DNA of 64,000 nucleotides from Planctomycetota bacterium. GTDB lineage: Bacteria > Planctomycetota > B15-G4 > JADJEK01. The DNA lies in assembly GCA_044225365.1 (NCBI GenBank), contig JBGAIQ010000014.1, positions 1 through 64,000 on the forward strand, given 5' to 3'. Position 1 is the first letter of the stretch, and each line of letters starts with the position of its first letter. Positions 36,113 through 47,176 of this stretch are shown piece after piece. A program made the position numbers and the translations under genes. The notes below the pieces were generated by a model. It searched no databases, was not told where the DNA came from, and was given only the letters and a program-made list of their open reading frames with translations.

Positions 36113-36510
36113 GATCGGTCCTCCGCCTTGCGGGCCCTCTTGTGTTCCGCGAGGAGCTTCTCGAGTTCGCGGATCTCGTCGAGCGAAGGCGGGCGCGTCT
36201 CGAACAGAGAACTCACGAGCGCGACGCTGCTGCCTGCGAACAGTCGCTCCATGAGATCACCCGCTTTCTCGCGCAGCGTCGCGTTGGGCTTGACCTTCGC
36301 CCGATAGAGGAACGCCTTGCCGATCTTCCTGCCGCTCCGGGCAATGAGTCCCTTCTCCTCGAGTCGGGTGATGAGCGCGAAGGTCGCTCCGTGGCTCATC
36401 GGTCGCCGCTCGAGCAGCGCCTCGCGCACGTCTCGCGCGGTCGATTCACCGCGTTGCCAGAGGACGGACAGAACATCGAGTTCGGCCGGGGGGAGATTGG
36501 GAAGTGACAT
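36109..36510 (-). CDS. BlaI/MecI/CopY-family repressor
   Basis: LPPAELDVLSVLWQRGESTARDV, ITRLEEKGLI, AFLY, LFAGS..LV. ATGA overlap with the M56 gene. Confidence 0.95.
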   Translation of the reverse strand: MSLPNLPPAELDVLSVLWQRGESTARDVREALLERRPMSHGATFALITRLEEKGLIARSGRKIGKAFLYRAKVKPNATLREKAGDLMERLFAGSSVALVSSLFETRPPSLDEIRELEKLLAEHKRARKAEDRS

Positions 36511-36522
36511 CGAAGGAGACTC

Positions 36523-36592
36523 CGTATGGATCGGCGCCGATCCATACGCGAGTATATTTCAAGCCCACCGACCGGCAACCATACATCCGTAT
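36523..36592. promoter_or_regulatory. Probable BlaI operator region
   Basis: Perfect 26-bp palindrome cgtatggatcggcgccgatccatacg (36523-36548). TACA-TC-CGTA (36582-36591) and TACG-CG-AGTA (36545-36554) resemble the BlaI/CopY box TACA-NN-TGTA. Confidence 0.6.
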
Positions 36593-36608
36593 TTTTTTCT
36601 TCGAGGCG

Positions 36609-36890
36609 CTACCGGCTCCCGAGTCGATCGATCGCGAGCGCGAAAGTGAAGTCCTTGGTCGTCAGCCCTCCGGCGTCATGGGTCGTGATCTCGATCGCCA
36701 CCCGATTCCATACGTTCTTCCATTCCGGATGATGGCCCATCTTCTCCGCAACGAAGGCCACGCGCGTCATGAATGCGAACGCCTCGCTGAAATCCGCGAA
36801 CACGAACGAGCGACGGAGTTTGTCGTCGAATCTGCGCCACTTGGGAATCGTCTTCAGCTTGCTCTCGATCGCCTGCTTGCCGAGTTTCAT
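36609..36890 (-). CDS. phhB: Pterin-4-alpha-carbinolamine dehydratase
   Basis: AGGAGG RBS; [43 protein letters not shown]. Confidence 0.93.
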   Translation of the reverse strand: MKLGKQAIESKLKTIPKWRRFDDKLRRSFVFADFSEAFAFMTRVAFVAEKMGHHPEWKNVWNRVAIEITTHDAGGLTTKDFTFALAIDRLGSR

Positions 36891-36900
36891 GTCGCCTCCT

Positions 36901-39900
36901 TCAGTGAACATCGAGTACGCCGAACCACCGCTCGCTGCCCGCCGCTTCACCGACCACTTCGAGGAGAGCGCCTTCTCCCTTCTTCAGCCAGGAGTCCGCG
37001 ATCTCGATCGTGAGGACTCCCGTCGCGTCCTCCGAATTCTTCGCCTGCACGTACCACGTCATCACGACGTCGCCGTCGTTGCGACTCACCGTCGCGTCGT
37101 CGATCTTCACGTCGAACTTCATTGCCTCGCGGCCGTTCACGAGCAGGGTGAATCCCTTCCCCGGTTGCGAGTTCCAGCCCATCGCCGCAGCGAGCCGGAA
37201 CCGCATCTTCGCTCCCTCGCGCAGGGTGTCCGGGACGATCGCGGTCTTCCACGCCACGCGCGAGCGCCCATCGGTCTGTCGACAGAAGCGCATCGGCGTG
37301 GGCCCGAGGAAGCTGTTCTGCGCGGGAAGCACCTGTCCATCGAGGATCTCGAGACAGCCATTGGCGCTGCCCTGGAGGAACTTCGCCCTCGCGTCGGCAC
37401 ACTCGGCTTCCGTCAGCGCGTCGAGTCTCTTCGGTGCGGTCTGCAAGAACGCGATGAGATCGGCGACTTCTTGATGCGAGAGTCCGAGGACGAGCCCTTC
37501 CGGCATCAGCGAGCGGCCCGTTGCATGGAACGCCAGGATCTCGCTGCGTGGGATCGATTCGTGAACGCCGCCCTGGAGTCGCAGGTTGATCGCGGTGCTC
37601 GATTCGCCCTCGACGATTCCGAGCAACTTGCGATGTTCGCTCGTTTCAAGATCGTAGGCCTGATACCGCACGTCGACGGCTGCGTTCGGATCGACGATCG
37701 AGAGCAGAAGGTACTGCGACGAACGATCCGTCAGTCCCGAGAGGTCCGCCCCCACTTCGTTGCCGCGGCCACGGAACGAATGACACGAAGCACAGAGATG
37801 ATCGAAGTGCGCCGCGCCCCGCGCGCGATCGCCCGCGAGCGCGAGAACCGGCGTGAGATTCTCGAGTACGGCCTTTGCCGAGGACGGCTTGCCGAAGAGG
37901 GTCACCGCACGCGGGCCGACGCGTGGATCCGGATTCGACACGAGCCGTTCGCGACGCAGCGCGTCGATGGCGGAGATCGGTACGTGGCGATTCTCGATCG
38001 CGTCGAGCAGGACGACACAGTCGATGTCGCGCTCGAGGAAGCGATCGAGCAATTCGCCCCGCAGATCGGGGCCGAGCGACGAGAACGCGTTCAGCAGGAT
38101 CGTGAACGATGCTGCTGCATTCGCATCGAAGAGCCGCAGCATCGCGGCTCGCTGCAGGATCGGATCGATGCTGGGGTCGAGGAGATTGCCGAGGAGGGCG
38201 AGGTCCTGCACGCGGTTCGCAGGAGTCCGCACGAGCATCTCGCACGCCGCCGCTCGCTCTTCGAGCGGACGCCCCGCATCCGCGACGATCGAATACGCCG
38301 AGTCGACGAGCCGCGCGATCGTCTCCTCGTTCGCTTGCGGCGTGGACGAGTAGACGTTTGGCAGATGCGAGATGTCGACGTGGAGATGGTCGCACGTCTC
38401 GAGCGCCCTAGCGAGCATGCGCCACGGCACCGGCCGGCGTTCGGCGCCGTCGTCCGAACGCACGCTCGAGATGACGCTCGAGAGCGCCAGCGCGGCGAGC
38501 AGATTCTCGTTCCGACCCTCCGCCGTCGCGCACATGCCCTCGGCGAACGTCTCGAACCGATCGAGCACGTCGATCGATTCGCCCGGCTCGAACTTGGGGA
38601 GCTTGAACATGGGCGCGAACTTCTTGGCGTCGATCGTCGAGAGCAGGAGAGTGACTCCGTAAGGGTCCACCGCGACGGTATTGGCAACGCCGAGGCCGCC
38701 CATCCAATCCGGTCGCAGTGCGCGGCACTCCGGCAACGTCAGCAGGACCTGCCTCGCGACGACGAAGTCCTGAGCGTCCTTCGCGAGCTGCGTGACGCGT
38801 CGCTCGAGTTGCCCGCGTGGGTTCTTCGCGAGGCGCGGCTCCGCGAGCCGGACCGCGTGCGCCCTCACCCACGATTCGTTCGACAGGATCGCGAAGTCGA
38901 GCATCGGGTCCGTGAGTCCTCCGAGCTGATCGAGCGCGTACATGGCCTGCACTCGCGCCGCGGCGGACGCGTCGCTCGCAATGATTCCGGCGAGCAACGA
39001 AGCGGGAGCCGCATCGTTTCGCCGCAGCAATTCCGCGTGCGCGATGTCGCGAAGCGCGCCGTTCGTCGAGCGCATCGCGGCGACGACGTCTTCGATCTTC
39101 GCCGTCGCGAGGTCGGGCACGTGCTTGCGATGATCGGCCGCCCGCAACACTCGCCAGATCCTTCCGAGATGTTCTCCCGCGCGGATGTCGATGTGCGCGA
39201 GTTGTTCCGCGCCGACCCACCGCGGATGCTCGATGAGGAAACGCGCCATGTCGACGACGTAGAGCGCGCCGTCCGGTCCCGCCTTCGCCGCCACCGGGCG
39301 AAACCAGTTGGAGTGCGACGCCATGAAATCGCGGTCGAGCGCGTCCTCGGGGCGGGTTGCCGAATACGTCGCGCCGTTGCGCTTCAGCACGTAGCGCATC
39401 ACCACGTTGCCGACCGGCTCGCAGCAGAACGCATTGTCGCGATAGTCGTCGCCGAGCGTGTCGTCGCGGTAGATCTCGAGTCCGCACGCCGACGTCACGT
39501 GGTTCTCGTGGTCGTAGTCGTTGTAGCGCTGGAGATGCGGACTGATCGGGAACACGCGCCGCGGGTCGCCGTCCGCCGCTTCGATCGCGATGTGATTGCC
39601 GGGCGGCGGCGAGAGGAAGGGATTGCGCGCGAGATACGCATCCTCGAGCGGGAAGTCGAATACGGGAATGTTGGAGTCGCAGCCGAACCACTCTCCGAAG
39701 TCGTTCCGCGCGCGGCCCTGTTGCGAGATACCGGAGATCGCCTCGATCTTCCCCCGCTTCGGATCGATGCGGAAGTCGCGGCCGTGGACGTCGACGACCT
39801 CGCCAGTCTTCGTCGACGTGATCGCACCGCCGAAGAGACCGCTCGCGCCGTAGATCCAGCCATCGAGTCCGAGACGCAGAGAGTTGGGGCGCGCTTGCTC

Positions 39901-41652
39901 GTTCTCCGCCGGAAAGCCCGTGAACAGCACCTCGCGCGAGTCCGCGATCCCGTCGCCATCGACATCGCGTGCGAAGAGGATGTCGGGCGCCGCGCACACG
40001 AGGACGCCCCCGCCGTAGGCCATGACTCCGGTCGGGAACGCGATGCCGTCGAGGAACACGCTGCTCTGGTCGAAGACGCCGTCGTCGTCGACATCGACGA
40101 GTCGCCGGATCCTTCCGCCCGGTTCGAGATTCCCCTTCATTCCGTTCGGATAGTCGCGCATCTCAGCGACGAACATCGCGCGATCGGGCGCGAAGTCGAT
40201 CGCGACCGGCGATTCGACGAGGGGCTCGCTCGCCGCGAGCTCGACGCGCAGGCCGCGGTCCACCTCGATCGCGGCGAGCGCTTCCTCGGGCGACGGCGGC
40301 GGCGGGAATTCGGCGAGCGATACGTCGCTCACGAACGAGAGCGGCAGTTGCGCTCGCACCGCGCGGACGATGATGTCCTCGACGACGGGCGCGAACTTCG
40401 TCGGCTGCCGGTAGTACGTCATCGCGCTCTCGCCCTCGTAGCCTCCCTCCTGGAGGATCCTTCGCGACGGGATGTAGCACGGCAGATCGTTCGAATACGC
40501 TGCGAGGAACAGCTTCTCGCTCTTCAACTCGCGCTTCAGGCGAAGCGCGTAGTCGACGACGACCTCGCCCGCGAGGAAGGCCATCGCGAGCTGCTCGCCG
40601 AAGCGAATCGTCTCGACGGGATACGGGATCGCATCGGGAATGGGTTCGTTCGCTTCGAGCTTGCCGAGGAAGTACTCCGCGTGATGTGCGACGGCGCCGC
40701 CTTGCTTCTTCCGCGCCTCCCACTCCTCGCGCGTTCGCGGCACGCCGAACGGCAAGGTGATCGAGTCGAACCGCGTCGTCGGAGCGGCATCGATCGGCGC
40801 GAGGTTCGTCGCAGCGAGTCGCTCGATCTCCGCCGCGAGCTCACGACCGTGCTGCTGGCTGTTCTCGAGCGTTCCCCCGGGCGACGGATTCTGATCCGCA
40901 CCACAACCGATCGCGATGAGTGCGATCGAGCCGGGATGCGCCGTCTCGAGCGTCTCGGACGCATAGCCGGCCCAATCGCCACAGCAGAAGTTCTGCGCGG
41001 GGCCGAGGGTCGTGCAATGGCAAGCGTACGCCGCGAGCGTCGCGATGCGCTCCCCCTTCGCGTCGCGCACGAGCAGCAGCGGCACGTCGTGATCCACGGG
41101 GCCGCCCTTCGTGCGGCGATTCGCGCCGAAGCTCGCTTCGCCGTGTCCGAAGGCGAGTGTCGCCGGCTGCATCGCCGCGAGCGCGTCGTGGATCGCCGAT
41201 GCCGCTCCCTCGATCACGTGCTCCGTGTATGCACCGATCCGTTCGACCTGATCCTGCGGCAACTCCATCCCGAACATGTTCGGGATCGCGCTGGCGAGGT
41301 GCGGCGCATTGTGATCGTGCGTCGCGCAGAACGCGAGATGATCGCGCGCGATGCCGTCGCTTCCGAGCGCCTTCTTCGCAATCGCGTCGCAGACCACCGC
41401 GGGCAATCCGATCGCGTCGATCGTGACGACGACCACCGCGCTCGTGCGATCCTCCCCCATCGCGAGCGCCCGCGCGAAGATCGGCTGCTCGATCCGATCG
41501 CTCTCGGTCGTCCGCGCCGCGTAACCGGAGAGCCGAATCGGCGTCGTCGGCGAGACGTCGACCTTCGCCGCGCCGGCGAGCAGCGCCGCGTGAGCGAAGG
41601 TCGCTCCCAACCCCCACGCCGCGATCATCGAGACAGGCAGCAGCGTACGCAT
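36901..41652 (-). CDS. Neutral-ceramidase-N-like domain fused to a PVC-type membrane-bound dehydrogenase / heme-binding CxxCH protein
   Basis: [31 protein letters not shown]; [26 protein letters not shown]...[29 protein letters not shown]. Confidence 0.92.
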   Translation of the reverse strand: MRTLLPVSMIAAWGLGATFAHAALLAGAAKVDVSPTTPIRLSGYAARTTESDRIEQPIFARALAMGEDRTSAVVVVTIDAIGLPAVVCDAIAKKALGSDGIARDHLAFCATHDHNAPHLASAIPNMFGMELPQDQVERIGAYTEHVIEGAASAIHDALAAMQPATLAFGHGEASFGANRRTKGGPVDHDVPLLLVRDAKGERIATLAAYACHCTTLGPAQNFCCGDWAGYASETLETAHPGSIALIAIGCGADQNPSPGGTLENSQQHGRELAAEIERLAATNLAPIDAAPTTRFDSITLPFGVPRTREEWEARKKQGGAVAHHAEYFLGKLEANEPIPDAIPYPVETIRFGEQLAMAFLAGEVVVDYALRLKRELKSEKLFLAAYSNDLPCYIPSRRILQEGGYEGESAMTYYRQPTKFAPVVEDIIVRAVRAQLPLSFVSDVSLAEFPPPPSPEEALAAIEVDRGLRVELAASEPLVESPVAIDFAPDRAMFVAEMRDYPNGMKGNLEPGGRIRRLVDVDDDGVFDQSSVFLDGIAFPTGVMAYGGGVLVCAAPDILFARDVDGDGIADSREVLFTGFPAENEQARPNSLRLGLDGWIYGASGLFGGAITSTKTGEVVDVHGRDFRIDPKRGKIEAISGISQQGRARNDFGEWFGCDSNIPVFDFPLEDAYLARNPFLSPPPGNHIAIEAADGDPRRVFPISPHLQRYNDYDHENHVTSACGLEIYRDDTLGDDYRDNAFCCEPVGNVVMRYVLKRNGATYSATRPEDALDRDFMASHSNWFRPVAAKAGPDGALYVVDMARFLIEHPRWVGAEQLAHIDIRAGEHLGRIWRVLRAADHRKHVPDLATAKIEDVVAAMRSTNGALRDIAHAELLRRNDAAPASLLAGIIASDASAAARVQAMYALDQLGGLTDPMLDFAILSNESWVRAHAVRLAEPRLAKNPRGQLERRVTQLAKDAQDFVVARQVLLTLPECRALRPDWMGGLGVANTVAVDPYGVTLLLSTIDAKKFAPMFKLPKFEPGESIDVLDRFETFAEGMCATAEGRNENLLAALALSSVISSVRSDDGAERRPVPWRMLARALETCDHLHVDISHLPNVYSSTPQANEETIARLVDSAYSIVADAGRPLEERAAACEMLVRTPANRVQDLALLGNLLDPSIDPILQRAAMLRLFDANAAASFTILLNAFSSLGPDLRGELLDRFLERDIDCVVLLDAIENRHVPISAIDALRRERLVSNPDPRVGPRAVTLFGKPSSAKAVLENLTPVLALAGDRARGAAHFDHLCASCHSFRGRGNEVGADLSGLTDRSSQYLLLSIVDPNAAVDVRYQAYDLETSEHRKLLGIVEGESSTAINLRLQGGVHESIPRSEILAFHATGRSLMPEGLVLGLSHQEVADLIAFLQTAPKRLDALTEAECADARAKFLQGSANGCLEILDGQVLPAQNSFLGPTPMRFCRQTDGRSRVAWKTAIVPDTLREGAKMRFRLAAAMGWNSQPGKGFTLLVNGREAMKFDVKIDDATVSRNDGDVVMTWYVQAKNSEDATGVLTIEIADSWLKKGEGALLEVVGEAAGSERWFGVLDVH

Positions 41653-41727
41653 GGCGACCTCCGACGAGAACGCAGGCCGCCGATCGTATCCGAGATTCCC
41701 CGGCCCCGTAACGCGGCTCGGTGTTCG

Positions 41728-41783
41728 TGGGACCGCCGGGCTTCAAGTCGGTCCCCTCCTCACTGGGAGCGCCGGGCTCCCAG
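41728..41783. repeat. Two further degenerate copies of the tgggaccgccgggct REP-like motif
   Basis: tgggaccgccgggcttcaagtcggtccc and ctgggagcgccgggctcccag are both hairpin-forming and share the 5' part of the 31267 element. Confidence 0.55.
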
Positions 41784-42170
41784 TTTAGGGGGGCGGCGAT
41801 TCGTCTTTCGCCTCGCAATGCCGCGCGGTACTTCTTCACCGCGCGCGTCTGATGCTCGGGGTCGACGTGGCGCACGAGGAGATCGAGGTCGAGGTTGGTG
41901 ATCAGTTCGCTCTTTTGGATCGACCCATCGTCTACCATGCGCGAGGCGGGAGGATTCGTCACCGTTCGGGTCACCGGAGCGAGCGTCTCAAAGGACGAGA
42001 ATGCTGCGGGGGATCGGTGGCATCCTGGATTTGCGCGATTCTCATCGGCGGCCAGAAGGCATCGCGGCAAACGGACCGAGCGATGAAACACTCGGGACGG
42101 AACTCGCCCGAATCAGCACTCGTCGAAGGAGCCCTGTTGTGGGTGAAGCTCGTTCTCGGCGGGGTGCGGA

Positions 42171-42455
42171 ATGCTCGAACTCAAGATCCTCGATCAGTTG
42201 CGGCGGCGACCCGACTGCACGTTCTCAGGAACGGACGAGGAGTGGCGCGCCCTGCTCGACGCGGCCGATTACACCGAAGTTCATCAGGCCTTGACGGCCT
42301 TGAGCCAGCACAACCTCATCCTCTGGTTGCGCATGTCGGGTGGCCGATCGAATACGGCGATCCTGAAAGTGACGGCACTGGTGCCGAGCGAGCCGAGCGA
42401 GCCCGAGCGGCCCGAAGTCGTCTGGTACGACGTCTCTCCCACCATGGCGCGCTGA
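42171..42455 (+). CDS. Hypothetical protein, 94 aa
   Basis: ATG ORF with protein-like composition that fills the gap and ends convergently 1 nt from the next gene. No recognised motif. Confidence 0.5.
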   Translation: MLELKILDQLRRRPDCTFSGTDEEWRALLDAADYTEVHQALTALSQHNLILWLRMSGGRSNTAILKVTALVPSEPSEPERPEVVWYDVSPTMAR

Positions 42456-42456
42456 G

Positions 42457-44214
42457 TTACCGGGGAACTCGAAAGATCAGATTCGATGTCCCCGCTCGGT
42501 AGTTTCCGCCGCCGCCGAGTCCGTGGCCGTCCTTCGTAATCACGATCGAGTAGTCGGCACCCGGCTCGACGGGCGCGAGGACGAAGGAGCCTTCCGCACT
42601 GGTCGTCGCGCGGATCAGGGTCGGGTTCGACTCTCCGATGCGCCGGCACTCCACCGTGACGCCACCGACTCCGGGCTCGTCCTCGGCAGCTTGGGCAGCT
42701 TGGGCATCTTGGGCATTTAGGGCACCTTGGGCGACGACTCGCCCGGCGAGACGGCTGGTGTCGGCATCGAGATCGAATTCGACGACGGGCTCGGCGCGGG
42801 GCTGCAAGAGAACGGGCCGCTTCGCGGTGACTCCGATCGGACGCGACGTCGCTTCGAGCAGGATCGCGCCGAGTTCGGGTACGTGGATCTCGAACGCGCC
42901 GTCCACCCCGGCACTCACCGCACCGTGGTACGTCGTACTCTTCCATTCGATTCGCGCCTCCGTCGGCGCACCGTTCAATCGCACATGGCCGCGGATCACG
43001 GCCGCATCCGGCGGCGGCTTGAGGTCGAGGGTGATGTGCTGCCCCGGCCGCTCGAAGCGCGGTCCGGGTGCGACGGTCTCCCACCCGTGGGACGATTGCA
43101 CCGTGACCGTGTCGTACTCGATCGGGAACAGACGATCGAAGCGGTACCGTCCCCTTCCATCCGTCCAGACCTCTTCGCTCGACCCCTCACCGTTGTCGGT
43201 GTCGACTTCGAGTCGCAGTCCCCGAACGGCTTCGATTCCGAGCGCCTGAGTGATCGCCTGGAGCGGATCGACGCGTCGATGTAGGACCAGTTTCGTCGGG
43301 GCGGACCGGCCGCGCTCGTCCTCCGTCGATCCCTCGAGGACACACGTTTCGCCGACGAAGAGCACCGCGGAATGGGCCGTGGGGACCTCGGTCTGTTGGA
43401 ACGAGATCGACGATCCGAAGCCGCCCCTCTTGGTGACCCGCACCGAGATGTTCCCGAAGCGCGACGACGGTCCGCGGATCGTGAAGCGTCCGCTCGGATC
43501 GAGTCTCCCCGCCGGAACCCACGGAATGCGTGCGCCGGGCGAGTGCATCGACACGATGACGTCCTGCGTCGCCGGACGGCGAGTCGCAAGGTCGAGCACC
43601 ACGCCTTCGATCGACTCCGAACGATCGAGTCGAAAGATCCGCGTGTTCGTTCCGGGCTCGATCTGCATCAGCGGGATCGTGGTCTCGACCTCCAGCGGCG
43701 CGTCGATGCGCGCTTCGAGATCGCTCCGCACGGGGATGCCCTCGATGCGGTAATGACCATCGAGATCCGTGACGACCTGCGGCGGCAATGGGTCGAGTCG
43801 GACCGCGCCCTTCGGCAAGGAGATCTTCGATCTCGGAGCGAGCGGATCGTCGATGACGTCGGGCCCCTCCACCCTCCCGTACTCGATCGCGATCCTCTCT
43901 CCGGGCAGCGGGTTTCCGGTCCTCGATTCGAGAACGTAGCCTTCGAGCGTCGCTACGGTCGCGGATACGGGTGCGGATTCTCGCTGCACGATCTCGCTCG
44001 GCCCCGACAGTGAGCCATCCGACTGCGTCGAATGCGCGAGTTCGGTCGGTTTCGTTTCGACCCCCGGCCCAATCCGGTCGTGGCTCGGCGGAATCGACGC
44101 CGCCCCGACGTCACGGTCGATCGCATCACGACGGGCGAACAAGACGGCGGCCACCGCGCCGGCAATCAGGACGATTGCGATCGCGAACGATGGGAGGAGC
44201 GCTCTTTCCGCCAT
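42457..44214 (-). CDS. Membrane-anchored carboxypeptidase-regulatory-like repeat protein
   Basis: N-terminal TM, repeated EG.V....TG.P....TD.DG.Y.I modules. ATG immediately follows the M16 stop. Confidence 0.8.
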   Translation of the reverse strand: MAERALLPSFAIAIVLIAGAVAAVLFARRDAIDRDVGAASIPPSHDRIGPGVETKPTELAHSTQSDGSLSGPSEIVQRESAPVSATVATLEGYVLESRTGNPLPGERIAIEYGRVEGPDVIDDPLAPRSKISLPKGAVRLDPLPPQVVTDLDGHYRIEGIPVRSDLEARIDAPLEVETTIPLMQIEPGTNTRIFRLDRSESIEGVVLDLATRRPATQDVIVSMHSPGARIPWVPAGRLDPSGRFTIRGPSSRFGNISVRVTKRGGFGSSISFQQTEVPTAHSAVLFVGETCVLEGSTEDERGRSAPTKLVLHRRVDPLQAITQALGIEAVRGLRLEVDTDNGEGSSEEVWTDGRGRYRFDRLFPIEYDTVTVQSSHGWETVAPGPRFERPGQHITLDLKPPPDAAVIRGHVRLNGAPTEARIEWKSTTYHGAVSAGVDGAFEIHVPELGAILLEATSRPIGVTAKRPVLLQPRAEPVVEFDLDADTSRLAGRVVAQGALNAQDAQAAQAAEDEPGVGGVTVECRRIGESNPTLIRATTSAEGSFVLAPVEPGADYSIVITKDGHGLGGGGNYRAGTSNLIFRVPR

Positions 44215-47064
44215 TCACCCGCCGTCGTCGGTGGACTCTTTCGGCTTCTGGGTCTCGGCGTTCGCCTTCGGTTTTCCGTTCTCATCGACGGTGGTGACGG
44301 GGGCGATCGCCTTCAGGCCTTCTTCGATCTTCGAGGCGTCTCCCACCACCACGATCGTGAGATGATCGGGATCGATCACTTCGCGCGCGAGCTTCTGAAC
44401 GTCGTCCGCCGTCGTCTTGACGATCCCGTCGAGATAACGATCGATGTAGTCGAGCGTCATGCCGTCGAGTTCGAGGCCGAAGAGCTGCGAGACGATCGAC
44501 TCCGGCGTCTCGTGATCGCCGGCGAACGATCCGACGAGGTACGACTTCGCCTGCGACAACTCCTTCTCGCTCGGCGGTTCGTTCTGCATGCGCTTCACTT
44601 CTTCGAGGATCGCGGCGACGGCTTCGACCGTCGTCTTCGTTTTGCTGAACGTCGAGACCGTGAATCGACCGGCGAAGCGCTGCGCGGAGAGGCCGCCACT
44701 CGCGCCATAGGTGAGGCCCTTCTTGACGCGAATCGTCTCGTTCAGGCGACTGTTGAACGCGCCGCCGAAGATCTGCGTGAGGACCTTGCCGGTGAACCAA
44801 CGCGAATCATCGCGCTCGATTCCGCGATGTCCGACGCGGATCTGGCTCTGGATGGCGCCCGGGACGTCGACGAGCAGGATGTGGGTCTTCTCTTGCGGCG
44901 GGAATGCATCGAGCTTCTCGCCCGGAGACTTCCCGTCACTCGTCCAGTCCGAGAACAACGCCTCCGCGAGATCGAATGCGTTCTGCGCGGAGATGTCGCC
45001 CGCGACGTAGAGCACCGCGAGATCGGGGCGCCCGTACTGCTTCCACCATGCAATCGCGTCCTTCACCTTCAGATTCTCGAGGTCGCCCGACAGCCCTCCC
45101 GACGGACGGCCGTAGGGATGCGTTCCGAACAATGCCTTGGCGAATTCACGATCCGCGATCGCGGCGGGCTGCTTCTCGCCGATCTTCTTGCCCGTGATGC
45201 CCTGTCGCTTCAACTTGCCGAATTCCTTCTCGGGGAAGATCGGATCCTTGACGACGTCGGCGAGCGTCTTGAACAAGAGCGTCGTCTGCGCCTTCAGCGC
45301 GCTGCCGCTCACGGTGCAGGAATCGAGGCTCGCGTTCGCACCGAGCTGGATCGCGTTGCTCTCGAGCACTTCCGCGATCTGCTGCGCGGACTTCGTGGCG
45401 GTGCCCTTCATGAGCATCTCCATCGCCATCGACGCCGTACCGGGCTTGCCCTTGGGCTCGGAGAATTCGCCGTCCTTGAAGCCGAGCGTCACCGAGACCT
45501 TCGGAAGCTCGTGGTTCTCGACGACGACGACGCGCAGTCCGTTCTCCAACGTTTTGCTTTGCGACGCAAAGTCGACGTGCGTCTTCTCGAGCGGCGCGAC
45601 CGGCGCGCTCTCGGGATACCCCGCGGGTCGCTTCGCCGAGGCTTTCGGTCCCATGCGCTGCGGTCCGGGATCGTTCGCGGCGATCTCCTTCTTCGGCGCA
45701 GCTTCTTCGCCTTCTGCCTCGCCCTTGCCACCGAGGAGCGTGCGGAGCATGCCGCCGACGGTCGGCTCGATCTTCACGATCACCTTGCGCTCGGGGACGA
45801 AATACTCGTTGGCCACGCGCTTCAGATCGTCCAACGTGATCGCTTCGATCTCCTTCGGCCGATCGTTCAGTTTGCTCACTCCGCCTTCGAAGAGCGCCGC
45901 GTTGCCGAGTTGGTCGCACTTCTTCGCGACCGTCTGCGAAGATTCGACGAGCTTGCGCAGGTAGTTGGTCTTCGCCTTCTTCAATTCCGCGTCGGTGACG
46001 CCGTCCTTCTTCACCTTGTCGAGTTCGACATCGATCATGGCGAGCGGCTTGTCCATGTTCGACAGCGGCATCAACACCGCGCCCGCGCCAGCGAAGCCCT
46101 CCTGTTCGAGCGACATCGCAGCGCCCATGGCGAGGACGGCGATTTCGGCGTCGTCGACGAGCGCCCGGTAGAGTCGACTCGTCTCGCCGCCGCCCACGAT
46201 CGACATGAGGAGTTCGAGCGGCAGCGCGTCCTTGTCGCCCTGCCCGACGGTTCGATACCCGATCGCGACGATCGGTACGGGACCTCGCGTCTCCTCGATC
46301 GTGATGGTCTTCGGCTTGTCGAACAGCGGCTCTTTCGCGGTGATCCGCGGCGGATCCGCGCACTTCGGGATCCACCCGAACGCCTTGTCAGCTTCCTTCT
46401 CGACCTGATCGTGCGTGACGTCGCCGACGACGACGAGCGTCGCATTGTTCGGAACGTAGAACGTCTCCCAGAACCGCAGGAGCTCTTCCGCCGTGGCGCG
46501 GCGCAGGTGTTCGATGTTGCCGATCGGCGACCATCGATACGGGTGGACCTTGAAGACCTGCGCGAGGAGCTTTTCCGGGACCGATCCGTAGGGCTGATTG
46601 AGCCCGAGCCTGCGTTCCTCCTCGACGACCGCGCGCTCCGTCTCGAAGCCCGCGCGATCGACCTTGAGCGACGCCATCCGCTCGGCCTCGAGCCAGAGCA
46701 CCATCGGGAGCTGCTCCTTCGGCGCCTCGTTCTCGTAGACGGTCTGGTCGAAGGCAGTGTGCGCGTTGCACTCTCCGCCCGACGCGCGGATGTACTCGAA
46801 GTGCGCTTCCGGCCCGAGCCGGTCGGTGCCGCGGAACATCATGTGTTCGAACATGTGCGCGAAGCCGGTGCGCTCCGCGTTCTCGTCCTTGCTTCCGACG
46901 TGATACCACACCTGCACCGCGATGATCGGGCAGGAGTGGTCCTCGAGCGTGACGACTCGCAGGCCGTTCGCGAGGACGTGCTCGTAGATCGCGGCGTCCG
47001 CGGCGCGCGATGCAGGGCTCGCGAGGGCGAGGAGAGCGAGGCCGAGGATGAGGGACGTGCGCAT
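44215..47064 (-). CDS. Secreted M16 (pitrilysin-family) zinc peptidase, two-module
   Basis: Signal peptide, VWYHVGSKDE...TGFAHMFEHMMFRGT (HxxEH), SRLNETIRVKKGLTYG. Confidence 0.95.
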   Translation of the reverse strand: MRTSLILGLALLALASPASRAADAAIYEHVLANGLRVVTLEDHSCPIIAVQVWYHVGSKDENAERTGFAHMFEHMMFRGTDRLGPEAHFEYIRASGGECNAHTAFDQTVYENEAPKEQLPMVLWLEAERMASLKVDRAGFETERAVVEEERRLGLNQPYGSVPEKLLAQVFKVHPYRWSPIGNIEHLRRATAEELLRFWETFYVPNNATLVVVGDVTHDQVEKEADKAFGWIPKCADPPRITAKEPLFDKPKTITIEETRGPVPIVAIGYRTVGQGDKDALPLELLMSIVGGGETSRLYRALVDDAEIAVLAMGAAMSLEQEGFAGAGAVLMPLSNMDKPLAMIDVELDKVKKDGVTDAELKKAKTNYLRKLVESSQTVAKKCDQLGNAALFEGGVSKLNDRPKEIEAITLDDLKRVANEYFVPERKVIVKIEPTVGGMLRTLLGGKGEAEGEEAAPKKEIAANDPGPQRMGPKASAKRPAGYPESAPVAPLEKTHVDFASQSKTLENGLRVVVVENHELPKVSVTLGFKDGEFSEPKGKPGTASMAMEMLMKGTATKSAQQIAEVLESNAIQLGANASLDSCTVSGSALKAQTTLLFKTLADVVKDPIFPEKEFGKLKRQGITGKKIGEKQPAAIADREFAKALFGTHPYGRPSGGLSGDLENLKVKDAIAWWKQYGRPDLAVLYVAGDISAQNAFDLAEALFSDWTSDGKSPGEKLDAFPPQEKTHILLVDVPGAIQSQIRVGHRGIERDDSRWFTGKVLTQIFGGAFNSRLNETIRVKKGLTYGASGGLSAQRFAGRFTVSTFSKTKTTVEAVAAILEEVKRMQNEPPSEKELSQAKSYLVGSFAGDHETPESIVSQLFGLELDGMTLDYIDRYLDGIVKTTADDVQKLAREVIDPDHLTIVVVGDASKIEEGLKAIAPVTTVDENGKPKANAETQKPKESTDDGG

Positions 47065-47176
47065 GTTCGAGATCTCGAGCAACGAGGTGGCGATGGGGAC
47101 GCGGGACAATCTACCCGAGTGCGCGAACGGGAAGGTCCGGCGATCGGGAGTCCAGCGAACGTGAAAGCGATTCGTT

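Noticed and set aside
36769-41901. 1710-aa ORF on the + strand (likewise 44032-47271 +, 9870-12533 +, 15612-17438 +, 22927-24669 +, 27868-29610 -)
   Set aside because: Arg/His-rich motif-free translations lying antisense to, or out of frame with, well-supported genes. Typical shadow ORFs of high-GC codon bias.
41653-42170. Possible ncRNA or riboswitch in the long intergenic gap (also 20464-20894 and 59093-59567)
   Set aside because: Only REP-like hairpins and promoter-like AT patches are visible. I could not recognise a tRNA or riboswitch consensus by eye; an Rfam/Infernal scan would be needed.
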